From a virus (taxonomy: Duplodnaviria; Caudoviricetes), in IMG/VR virus record IMGVR_UViG_3300032053_000004, positions 1-64,000 of that record: a stretch of 64,000 nt of DNA. One strand, written 5' to 3'. Positions 53,839 to 62,570 of the stretch are shown in pieces. The notes beneath the pieces were generated by a model that saw only the letters and a list, made by a program, of their open reading frames with translations, was not told where the DNA came from and did not search any database. Made by a program: the position numbers and the translations under genes. The stretch's first letter is position 1; each line of letters opens with the position of its first letter.

Positions 53839-54693
53839 TTGATGTTCACTCGTATATCAACGATCATTGAATTTGAAAAAATCTTTAAGTGGCTTAAAGA
53901 TAATCGTTGGAATCCTCAGAAAGAAAATGATGCCATAACTGGCACATACGGGAATCTTATTGAATTAGAAATTAAGTATTCTTATGAAGTTGAAATTCAT
54001 AGTATAGATGACCCATCAGACTCAGAATCTGGAGAAAATATTGAAGATCCTGTTGAATTTATCACTGAATTTGTTGGAGGAGGAGCATTGGGTGAAGAGT
54101 TATTAAAGAAGCTCCATTCTTCAAGTCCTGAAAACATTTCATATGTCCTTAATAGATTAGCTTCAAGAATAAATGAATTTTCAAAGAAAGAATTTTCGAG
54201 AGTATTAAAATTTGTTTTAGCTTCTTTAAATAAATTTCCGCCTGTTAGAATATCTACTTCTGATTTTAAAAAGCATCTTGAATCTATGAAAAATAAGCTC
54301 GAAGGAAAAGGGTGGGACGTTAAAGAAGTTTATGGGTCATTAGTTATAAACGTCGGAGATGTTTTTGAGGCTACTATTAAACCTGATGGATATATGTATT
54401 ATGTTGGTTTAACAAAGGACGAGGATGTTCATGAGATGGGGTTTTCAACCAATCCTCTTGAAAAGATAGAAAACTTCATGGGGTCCGACGAAGTTAACGA
54501 TACACGAGGAGCTCCTACTATTCCACCTCGTGGTTCTAAGCCCAAGGAAACCCCGTCCAAGGGCGAGGAAGCCCCATCTAAGAAAAAGGCGGAGCCTCCG
54601 CCTCTAAGACGTGCTCCGGATTTGGAAAGTGCTCGTTTGAAACGTTCCGAACTCCCTGAAATCAAAACCCCGAAATTTAAAGATAGAGAATAA
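53839..54693 (+). CDS. Hypothetical repeat-domain protein
   Basis: Two related GWxxxE..G.L...EP.EFI modules around an NRLASRI helix. Confidence 0.7.
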   Translation: MMFTRISTIIEFEKIFKWLKDNRWNPQKENDAITGTYGNLIELEIKYSYEVEIHSIDDPSDSESGENIEDPVEFITEFVGGGALGEELLKKLHSSSPENISYVLNRLASRINEFSKKEFSRVLKFVLASLNKFPPVRISTSDFKKHLESMKNKLEGKGWDVKEVYGSLVINVGDVFEATIKPDGYMYYVGLTKDEDVHEMGFSTNPLEKIENFMGSDEVNDTRGAPTIPPRGSKPKETPSKGEEAPSKKKAEPPPLRRAPDLESARLKRSELPEIKTPKFKDRE

Positions 54694-54728
54694 TTGTAAA
54701 TTTAACTTTCTAGGTAGTAACAATAGAT

Positions 54729-55127
54729 ATGAATAGATATGAAGCAAACGTAGAAAATGGTTTTCTAAATTTATCTTTTGATAAATTTTTGTCTACAGAA
54801 ATCGTTTCTTTGCTCAAAAAGAGTATTAAATATCACTCTGATTACGATCCTATCATTTTTGGATATATCCCGCAACCGGATCATAGTGTAGAATATATGG
54901 ACCAGATTTTTAGATTAAGTCGCATGGCTTACGAGTTGATGATAACAAATAAAATTTCTAATATGTCTGAAAAAGATGTGGAAATTCTCATGAATTTAAA
55001 AATTCATTCTGATTGGACTAAGAATCTATCTTACTTTCTAAAAGGTCGGAGTTTGTCTAAAGATTGCAAGCACTATCCGATATTCGCGGATCAAGCCGGA
55101 AAATCTGTACTAGACGTTGTCATTTAG
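54729..55127 (+). CDS. Hypothetical protein
   Basis: Ends SVLDVVI (tag-like but truncated). Confidence 0.6.
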   Translation: MNRYEANVENGFLNLSFDKFLSTEIVSLLKKSIKYHSDYDPIIFGYIPQPDHSVEYMDQIFRLSRMAYELMITNKISNMSEKDVEILMNLKIHSDWTKNLSYFLKGRSLSKDCKHYPIFADQAGKSVLDVVI

Positions 55128-55518
55128 GCCGTTTTACTATAAATGGTTTTTTGTCCGGTTCAACTTGGATAGTTATTATCTTGTCAGTTTTTTGAATTTC
55201 CTCAATTTTTTCAATTTTTTCACCAGTTTCATTTACTTTTTTCTGAGTTTCTTTCGCTACCGTATTTGATTCATAAGAAGTAGATATTATTCCTCCAATT
55301 TTTGCTTCTAAATTTTCGAGTCTGTTTAATAATCCTAATTGAAAATACGCGGCTCCAATCACTCCTAACAAAACCAATATTGACTGAATAGTAATTATGC
55401 GTTGAGCGATCAACGTTTTTTTCATCATTACGAGAATTTGATTTAGTGGTTCAATTAGTCGATCGAACGATTCGATAAGTTGAGATTTCGTTTCCATTTT
55501 CTTCTCTTCTTGTCCCAT
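55120..55518 (-). CDS. Membrane-anchored coiled-coil protein
   Basis: TM segment IITIQSILVLLGVIGAAYF. Confidence 0.65.
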   Translation of the reverse strand: MGQEEKKMETKSQLIESFDRLIEPLNQILVMMKKTLIAQRIITIQSILVLLGVIGAAYFQLGLLNRLENLEAKIGGIISTSYESNTVAKETQKKVNETGEKIEKIEEIQKTDKIITIQVEPDKKPFIVKRPK

Positions 55519-55735
55519 TCTCTTCTTGTCCCATTCCCTCGTTTCTTATTGGAGGGTCTGAAGGTATACTACTCGCTCTTTCGTATACTTCTTGTGAAAT
55601 TGTCTGAAGTTCTTGTCTTAAAGAATCTATATCTAAGATCGTTGATTTAAATCCATTTAATGCTTCATCGAAATTTTTTTCTGAGCTCTTTACTTCTTCA
55701 AGTCCTTTTTTCGTCAAGAATTTCAGGAATTTCAT
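55451..55735 (-). CDS. Small coiled-coil protein, separated from 55120..55518 by a 16-nt duplication
   Basis: ATGGGACAAGAAGAGA x2 at 55503-55534. Confidence 0.6.
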   Translation of the reverse strand: MKFLKFLTKKGLEEVKSSEKNFDEALNGFKSTILDIDSLRQELQTISQEVYERASSIPSDPPIRNEGMGQEENGTRREENGNEISTYRIVRSTN

Positions 55736-55745
55736 TTCGACACCT

Positions 55746-56081
55746 TTATTTTTTTACAGCATCCCTAACTACACTGTCTATAGTAGATTCAAGTTTATCT
55801 AAAGTTCTTCTTTCATCATCGGTAGCCGTTTTTAAGTTATTTATGGACATTGTCATGTCTTTTATACCATTTTTCCATTCTGTAGCTACTTCTAATAGCG
55901 TTAAAGTCATTTTTTGCTGGTCCTCTACTCTTTTTTCATTTACTTGGTTCCATTTATAAATAGCCCATATGGCAAAAGAACCGACAAGGACTAATAAAGT
56001 CCCCATTACCCCGGTTTTAATTAGTTCTACGGCGGCGTTTTCAACAGAGCTCATTGGGTCGATTGACGGTCCGATAGTCAT
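55746..56081 (-). CDS. Single-TM coiled-coil protein, holin-like (BhlA-type) candidate
   Basis: TGVMGTLLVLVGSFAIWAIY followed by coiled coil. Confidence 0.5.
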   Translation of the reverse strand: MTIGPSIDPMSSVENAAVELIKTGVMGTLLVLVGSFAIWAIYKWNQVNEKRVEDQQKMTLTLLEVATEWKNGIKDMTMSINNLKTATDDERRTLDKLESTIDSVVRDAVKK

Positions 56082-56115
56082 CTAAAATGATTTCCAATTA
56101 GGTTTCTAAAACGTA

Positions 56116-56466
56116 TTGTATTCTATGGCAGCAATACTTGCTATGAGATGTGATAAATGTCTTGTGAAGGAAACTTGTCCTCGGTTTGGATCAAGTCCTC
56201 TCATGATCTTAAATCATCCGCATTTATGTCAAGTAATAGGTGGATATGGGAGAATCCCAATAGATCAAAGCATTCTTTCTGAAGAGTCTAAACAATCATC
56301 CGCCCAGAACGGTCCTTGTTTGACTATTGCAGAAGTCCCGACTTATGATGAAGATTCAGGAAAAGTTCGTTTTGTAATAACTAAAATATTTCATAAACCA
56401 TTTTTAAATGAAAGGGAAAGATCAGATTATCCTGTTCATTTAATATATCCGAAAAGTCCTTCATAA
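56116..56466 (+). CDS. Cys-rich hypothetical protein
   Basis: CDKC...CPRFG...C...C. Confidence 0.6.
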   Translation: MYSMAAILAMRCDKCLVKETCPRFGSSPLMILNHPHLCQVIGGYGRIPIDQSILSEESKQSSAQNGPCLTIAEVPTYDEDSGKVRFVITKIFHKPFLNERERSDYPVHLIYPKSPS

Positions 56467-57672
56467 AATACTTTGTATTTTACACCATTTCATTTGTTCT
56501 GGAAATAGAACTTTTGATAATTCGTACATTTCGTATACTATTTTTCTATATGAACTATGTCCTTCTGGTTTAATTCGAGTTTCTATTATATGATAGAGTT
56601 CTTTCATATCCATTTGAAATATAGATCTATGTAAATAACCGAGTGGTATCATATACTGAAAATATGTTTGATTATTACAAATCTCTTCGTCTTCATAATT
56701 TGCAACAGACTCTAATGTTTTCTTATATTCAAATTCAAATTCAGACCCTTTAATTTCGTCTGGGACTACATAACCATAATCGATCGTTAGAAGTTCTGAA
56801 AATTTTTCACATCTCCTATGTCTTTGAAGATCTCTAAAAGCCCCATAATCCATCATGCAGTCAAAGCTTATTTTGATTGTTTTAAAAACATCCGGGACTT
56901 GGCCTTCTCTTTTTTCCATCATTTTCGAAAATGATTCCCAACTCATCCCGTACATATCTATCACTTGAGATTCGAATGATTTTGAAATTAACTCCGGGTT
57001 TATTAAGAATGATTTAAAGATATCAACATACCAGTTTGGTTCAGATATGTTAAACTTCGAGCTTAAATTTCCTAAATTTCTTGTCTGAAACAACATGTTA
57101 TTCGGTTTAATCTCAAAAAGATTTTCTAGTATTTTTTTCAATTCACCTCCTATATCGATGAACTCACTGTTTGAATGGCCGAGTAAATTTTCGGCCATTT
57201 CTTTAGCATCTTTTAAATTTAAAGAACATATGACATTAGTTCCTGTTCCGGCAGGTAGTAGATGTCGTACGCTGTCAAACGATTTTAGCTTAACTGCAGG
57301 ATCATCTATGTCTGTTTTCAGTTCCAGTGCGTATTTTTCTGAAATAGAATCATATAACTTTCCATATGAATCATATAATCTTAGTGCAAAATTCTTCATT
57401 GTATCAGGACAACCTGGAGGGACAATGAAATCGTATGAAAATTTTTCTTTTCTAGTGCTTTTTTCTAAATAACTCGGTCTTTGCCAGGATTCTATATACT
57501 TACTTGCTATTATAGATATTCCTTCAATATTCAGAACTATATTTACTAGTTCGTTTATATTATCCAACACCCATTCTTTATTTGACTCAGGTTTTACATA
57601 CCCCATCAATATCTCCATTTGGTTCTTAATGGAGATTATGTTGCCATCATTTGTCAGGCACGATACTTTCAT
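56461..57672 (-). CDS. thyX: FAD-dependent thymidylate synthase (double-domain ThyX type)
   Basis: EKSTR, RHLLPAG, RDLQRHRR, QYMIPLG, H.IETR...GH.SYR. Confidence 0.85.
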   Translation of the reverse strand: MKVSCLTNDGNIISIKNQMEILMGYVKPESNKEWVLDNINELVNIVLNIEGISIIASKYIESWQRPSYLEKSTRKEKFSYDFIVPPGCPDTMKNFALRLYDSYGKLYDSISEKYALELKTDIDDPAVKLKSFDSVRHLLPAGTGTNVICSLNLKDAKEMAENLLGHSNSEFIDIGGELKKILENLFEIKPNNMLFQTRNLGNLSSKFNISEPNWYVDIFKSFLINPELISKSFESQVIDMYGMSWESFSKMMEKREGQVPDVFKTIKISFDCMMDYGAFRDLQRHRRCEKFSELLTIDYGYVVPDEIKGSEFEFEYKKTLESVANYEDEEICNNQTYFQYMIPLGYLHRSIFQMDMKELYHIIETRIKPEGHSSYRKIVYEMYELSKVLFPEQMKWCKIQSIL

Positions 57673-58277
57673 TTTTCTCCGGTAGTGTTAACTACATGGA
57701 CCAAGAGTTTCCTTCACTCCAAGATGAAGTTTCTAACATTAAGATTTTACACATGAAGAAACTTCATGTGTTTAAAAATGTCCCTGAATCTTTCCATCCT
57801 TGGGAGTCTAATTTATCCCCTTCAGCGTTATATAACTGTTCGTTGTCTTGTCGAAAACATATGAAAATTAAAACTCCTGAAGTAAAATGGATGAGTATTA
57901 AAAGATGGGTTACGTCAACTCCAAATGGAATAAATCTGCCGGATGGTGTATGTCTTTCTATAAAACGACGCGAATTTTTTATTGCTACTCCAGTCCCGAA
58001 AATTGAAAAACAGGAATTTATTCTTTTGATGTTCCCATACGGGAACGTTTGGAGTCAACGTTCTCTCGATGTTCCAATAGATGAAGATTGGATCTTTTCA
58101 AAGTCCAGTGATGGAAAATTGATTTTAGAATCTTTAATGTTAAAAGACGCTTCTAGACCAATACAAGGTTATTTTGAATCAGTATATAAATATATGACTG
58201 GAAATCCCGATCAAATCGGGATACACATGAAAAGGAAAAAAAGAGCGCAGACTCGGAAAAATCAAATAGGTTTGTGA
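57651..58277 (+). CDS. Hypothetical protein
   Basis: Intact ORF between thyX and purZ. Confidence 0.6.
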   Translation: MSGTILSFFSGSVNYMDQEFPSLQDEVSNIKILHMKKLHVFKNVPESFHPWESNLSPSALYNCSLSCRKHMKIKTPEVKWMSIKRWVTSTPNGINLPDGVCLSIKRREFFIATPVPKIEKQEFILLMFPYGNVWSQRSLDVPIDEDWIFSKSSDGKLILESLMLKDASRPIQGYFESVYKYMTGNPDQIGIHMKRKKRAQTRKNQIGL

Positions 58278-59480
58278 TTATTCATCTAGAAGGTTTATCA
58301 CTTCTTTATGCAACGCTCCTGTTCCAATTAAGACAACCGGAACGTTGGCTATTTCTTCTACTTTTTCAATGAATTCTCGTGACTCTTTTGAGAGATCATT
58401 GAAAACTTTTCTCCCACCTTTAAGACCTGCATCTTTCCAATTCAAATATTGTACAAAATTTATGCAGATTTTTGTCGCTCCGTTAGTTCTAACGGCATCT
58501 TTCAATCCTATCCATGAAAACGTAGAAACACGTCTAACTCGTTTTGTGACTGTTGTTCGCTCGCGTTCTTCTAAAATTTTTGCTTCAGACTCTGGCATTC
58601 CAGATTGTTTTGCTATTTGACTCCAAGTCAGTTCTTCACAATCCGGGTAAAAGTCTCCTGAGTATCCTTTTTGAACACCGTCCTCATATACGTTCCCAAC
58701 GCGTATAGGGAAAGTTCGCAAATTTAAATAAACGTCCCCCACCATTGAAGGTGGAATCGCCATATAATCCATCGCGGCTTGAAGTGTGCAGTTACGTGAT
58801 GTACATGAAGGATAATGCGACCCGTGATCTATGGATAGAGCGTATCCTTGTGATCCTTCATGGAGCAATGTTGCTCCTTCTTCAATCATTGAATGAACGA
58901 TGTTCCTGAATTCCATCGGTTGAATAATTTTTATTTTTTCAATATCTTCTGGATTTTTTTCAAGAATTTTGTTGATATCTGGATCCGTAGCATTTAAAAA
59001 ATTCACATGATTCGGGAAAGAATCCATTAAACCAACGTCCGGTTTACGAAGAATTTTGTCAGAAATGGCTGTTCCTGACCCCTGCATAGTAGAAGCCACG
59101 TGCTTCGTGGAGTCTTTTCCTTCTCTTTCTCGAGCAGCGTGTTCATTGGTTACAATGCTTGCTCTAGAATGAACATATATGTTTGGTCTTCCTGTTTCAT
59201 CCCATTCTTTTATTAATTGTTTTGGAAACAACCCTGATCCTGGAGATAAGAAACACTCCATACCGAGTCCCATCACTTTTTTAAGAATTGCTGATGTTGG
59301 TATAGCTTTCGATATGAACTTCGTCCCATTTTCGAAAACTGCTGAGTGCCCTGCATTTGGAAAATTAGCTGAAGAAACTTTTGTTACGTTATAATGGTCA
59401 GCTAACCAAGTGGATATTTTCCCTTTTCCAGAACTTCCCCAAGCTTGATCTAAAACTACGTTAAACTTTCCTGTCTTCAT
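58278..59480 (-). CDS. purZ: PurZ, 2-amino-2'-deoxyadenylosuccinate synthase (Z-base pathway)
   Basis: WGSSGKGK (Ser at PurA Asp13), PNAGHS, EGSQGY.LS..HG.YP.CT.R, RTFPIRVGN (Ile at PurA Thr271), TTVTKRVRRVSTFS, NFVQY in place of TKLD. Confidence 0.9.
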   Translation of the reverse strand: MKTGKFNVVLDQAWGSSGKGKISTWLADHYNVTKVSSANFPNAGHSAVFENGTKFISKAIPTSAILKKVMGLGMECFLSPGSGLFPKQLIKEWDETGRPNIYVHSRASIVTNEHAAREREGKDSTKHVASTMQGSGTAISDKILRKPDVGLMDSFPNHVNFLNATDPDINKILEKNPEDIEKIKIIQPMEFRNIVHSMIEEGATLLHEGSQGYALSIDHGSHYPSCTSRNCTLQAAMDYMAIPPSMVGDVYLNLRTFPIRVGNVYEDGVQKGYSGDFYPDCEELTWSQIAKQSGMPESEAKILEERERTTVTKRVRRVSTFSWIGLKDAVRTNGATKICINFVQYLNWKDAGLKGGRKVFNDLSKESREFIEKVEEIANVPVVLIGTGALHKEVINLLDE

Positions 59481-59494
59481 GCTTAACAGTACAC

Positions 59495-60232
59495 TTACGT
59501 TCTTCTTCTAAGAGATTCTTGTTCGATTTTGGAAACTCTGGTTTGCCCGTGATTTTTTGAGATTCTCGCTAAATCAATTTTTTCCGAATATTTGACTATA
59601 CTATATTTACTGTCTTTATTCCCCAATGCTATTAATTTTGCTCCGGATATCTCTTTAGCGGTAAACTCTCTGCCTATTAGTTGAAGTTTTCTTCTTTTGT
59701 TCAATCTATTAGCCCATTTTATCTTTAAGTATCTTCTTATTGCTTTTTCAGACATGAATGATACTTTAATTGTCATATCCGAAGGAATTGTCCTATACAT
59801 TCTTAAGGACATTCGACACCCGAAATCACATGCCAGAGCAAAAGCTTCTTGATAAGAAACGGCTCTTATCAAGACATGTGATAATTTATACTTTTCAGGA
59901 TAAATAGCTCTCCAAATTTTTGTATCTTCAGTGCTTTCAGAAATTAATTTACTTAATGTGTCTTCTCCATAACTTGGGAAAGCTAAACTCATAGAGGCGT
60001 CATAAAGTTGGTCGAATCTTGTTTTCCCGATTTTTAATGCTTTTTGCGGGACGTTTTTTATCAATTCAATTGGTACAGCGTTATTTATTATTAAATCAAC
60101 GATCATATTTTTGAAGTATTCTGTATCTTTTTCTAGTCCGATGTTCTTTTTTAAATATTGTATTACTTCAGATTCTATTTCATGTCTTTTATGTTTTTTC
60201 ATTGTAATGTGTTTCCATGTCAGCTGTAACAA
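59495..60232 (-). CDS. Hypothetical basic protein
   Basis: Intact 245-aa ORF upstream of purZ; start probably ~60205. Confidence 0.65.
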   Translation of the reverse strand: MLQLTWKHITMKKHKRHEIESEVIQYLKKNIGLEKDTEYFKNMIVDLIINNAVPIELIKNVPQKALKIGKTRFDQLYDASMSLAFPSYGEDTLSKLISESTEDTKIWRAIYPEKYKLSHVLIRAVSYQEAFALACDFGCRMSLRMYRTIPSDMTIKVSFMSEKAIRRYLKIKWANRLNKRRKLQLIGREFTAKEISGAKLIALGNKDSKYSIVKYSEKIDLARISKNHGQTRVSKIEQESLRRRT

Positions 60233-60477
60233 CGTTTTTAATATTTACTGATTTACCGAAGCATATTGAATGGAGAGTTGATGGATTTCCCGTATTGCAA
60301 GAAGGTGAAATAATTGAATTTGATATGAATTTAGTGAATCCTCTTAATATGAAACGTTCTCGTAAGGTTAATGGAAATTATGTCATTTCACGAAAAATTC
60401 TTAAATACTCTACTACAAAACCGATCGGTTTCACCCAATATTTAGAATTGACCCCGAAATTAAATCCGAAAAAGTAA
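60217..60477 (+). CDS. Small hypothetical protein
   Basis: Plausible ORF. Confidence 0.45.
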   Translation: MSAVTTFLIFTDLPKHIEWRVDGFPVLQEGEIIEFDMNLVNPLNMKRSRKVNGNYVISRKILKYSTTKPIGFTQYLELTPKLNPKK

Positions 60478-60549
60478 TATAATAAAAAACAATTCAAGAT
60501 TAAACTAAATTGTGATTTTTTTGAAAATCCGACGGATGGAGCCACAGGA

Positions 60550-61047
60550 ATGACCAGAGCGAAAATCCTTGCTGCACTTTTAAGGTTACCGCAATGGAGT
60601 TTAGATCATGATACTAATGAAGAAAGAATTGAATTACTAACTCCTGTTGCTGAGGCAATTCATTTAGAAGCTCATTCTGCTGAAGAAGCAGCCGCTTTAA
60701 TCTCTCATAGTTGGAAGGAAACGAAAAATGCTCGTTTAGTTTTAACTGGGCATTGTGACCAAATGCCAAAAGGTCAACAATGTGATGGAGGTAAAGCTCG
60801 CGGGCCCTTTCAAGTACACCGTTGGTGTACTGCTGCTTGGGATTTTCCTGACGGTACTTTAGATAGTTATAGAGGTGGGGCACATTGTGTTTTGAGAGCT
60901 CTTCGTTTCGGTTATATTAATTGCCATACATGGGAAGGAGCTTTTGCTGGTTTGAGGGGTAAAGTGGTTTGTGATTGGGATCGAGCCCCGTCTTACGTTG
61001 AAACTCAAACACTAGTTCTTGTGTGGTGGAGAACCGGTGTCATTTAA
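60550..61047 (+). CDS. Lysozyme-fold/transglycosylase-like protein (tentative)
   Basis: AAALISHSWKET...CDGGKARGPFQVH resembles the SLT-like E...G.FQ arrangement. Confidence 0.45.
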   Translation: MTRAKILAALLRLPQWSLDHDTNEERIELLTPVAEAIHLEAHSAEEAAALISHSWKETKNARLVLTGHCDQMPKGQQCDGGKARGPFQVHRWCTAAWDFPDGTLDSYRGGAHCVLRALRFGYINCHTWEGAFAGLRGKVVCDWDRAPSYVETQTLVLVWWRTGVI

Positions 61048-61191
61048 ATTTTGCTTTCATTGTTCGTAGATCTTTTATTTATTTTTGTATTGACTGGAAG
61101 AGTTGCCTTGTGGTAAGGTAATTCTTCCAAATCCAACATCGAGTTGGGTCACCCGGTAAGTCGACGAGTCGATCGTCGCATGGAGGCTCCA

Positions 61192-62547
61192 ATGAAATTT
61201 CCTGTATCTATCCCGACGAATCAGTCGTTTCTGAAACAATGGCATAACTGGACTCATGCCCAGGTCGCCAAACATTTCAAGCGTGATAAAGAGAGGGTCC
61301 CTGACACGGTTCAGGGTGTTCGTGTACGTCTTTTAAGTAAAGACTTCATTGGAAGATGGTTTTTTAAACACCTAACTGGCGAATATGTGGATCGCACTCA
61401 GGCTGAGTATATTTTATATTCTGGTTGTCCTGATGACCATAGATTCAAGAATTTGATACGTGAGCAGCTTATCCGTCCAAGAGACGTTCGTAGTTGGCAA
61501 GCTCGCCTTCAACATGATACGGATGCTAAGAATCGCATTCAGTCATATTTGAATGAATCTCAGTCTGGCGGGATTGTTTTTAATGATGCTTTAAAACCTG
61601 TCGAAGGAGATCGAACCGATCCAAATTCAATTTGGAAAATATCTGATATTCTCGAATTTTCCAATTTCAACTATGAAAGATATTACTATTCAATTCAGAA
61701 TCATACTTTAAATACTGCTACGATTCTATATTTTCTCGGTTATGCTCCGAAGAATATGAATTTGCAAGAGGCGAAGAAATGCCCGGAGTGGTGTTTCGAT
61801 CATTTCGGATCTCTTCAGTCTCTTTATCGTCAAGGAAAACTGCTTCCGTCTGAAATGACGGAGCACGAGTGTTCTAAATCTTCTGATTGTCCTATCTGTA
61901 AATCTGGTCGGCTATCCTTAAAACTTAAGAATTTAAGTTTGGCTCATGATTGGAAAGATCCGTCCGTTGCCCACCAAATTCTTAAATTACGCTGGAATGA
62001 TAGTCAACTCAAACCATTTCTTCGTGATTGGAAGAAATCCAATAAAATAAAAACAACCCCATTGTATATTATGAGAGATTCGGCTGTTCAGGGGGTTGAA
62101 GCTGGTCTTTTGAAATACGCTAAGACAGTTATTGATAACGCTGTCAAAAATGATTTTAAACTTTTGTCTAGGAGTGACGATCTTGGTTCCATGGTCATGA
62201 ACGACGGAATTTCTCCAGAGGCCATGGATAGTGATTCCATAGTTTGGGAGAAAGATGAAAATGACGAGTCTAATATGATTAGGACTTTCGTTGATATGCA
62301 GTCTAATGCGGCGTTTTCCAACTTAGAAATCCGTCGTGATATTTCTAGTATAATTCATCTTGCTAATCTCGATGAACAAGAAGTTGATACTATAATTGGT
62401 ATAGATTTGTCAGAGTCTACTGTTCGAATATATGCCGGAAATAATGGACTGAGCATTCAATCTGTCCGAGAAATACGCTCTTCGGCTTTGAGGAAAATTC
62501 GAAAAGTAGTTGGAAATAGTTCAGAAGAGTATATCTCTCTCGAATAA
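61192..62547 (+). CDS. Large sigma-factor-like protein (tentative)
   Basis: GGAGG RBS; region-2-like PDTVQGVRVRLL..F..RW; region-4-like LDEQEVDTI...TVRIYA...SIQSVREIRSSALRKIR. Confidence 0.5.
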   Translation: MKFPVSIPTNQSFLKQWHNWTHAQVAKHFKRDKERVPDTVQGVRVRLLSKDFIGRWFFKHLTGEYVDRTQAEYILYSGCPDDHRFKNLIREQLIRPRDVRSWQARLQHDTDAKNRIQSYLNESQSGGIVFNDALKPVEGDRTDPNSIWKISDILEFSNFNYERYYYSIQNHTLNTATILYFLGYAPKNMNLQEAKKCPEWCFDHFGSLQSLYRQGKLLPSEMTEHECSKSSDCPICKSGRLSLKLKNLSLAHDWKDPSVAHQILKLRWNDSQLKPFLRDWKKSNKIKTTPLYIMRDSAVQGVEAGLLKYAKTVIDNAVKNDFKLLSRSDDLGSMVMNDGISPEAMDSDSIVWEKDENDESNMIRTFVDMQSNAAFSNLEIRRDISSIIHLANLDEQEVDTIIGIDLSESTVRIYAGNNGLSIQSVREIRSSALRKIRKVVGNSSEEYISLE

Positions 62548-62570
62548 ATTTTTAGTGTCAAATAGAGAGT

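Noticed and set aside
58278-59480. Annotation as ordinary adenylosuccinate synthetase PurA
   Set aside because: Lacks the catalytic Asp (GDEGKG) and the TKLD GTP motif; carries the PurZ-type residues instead.
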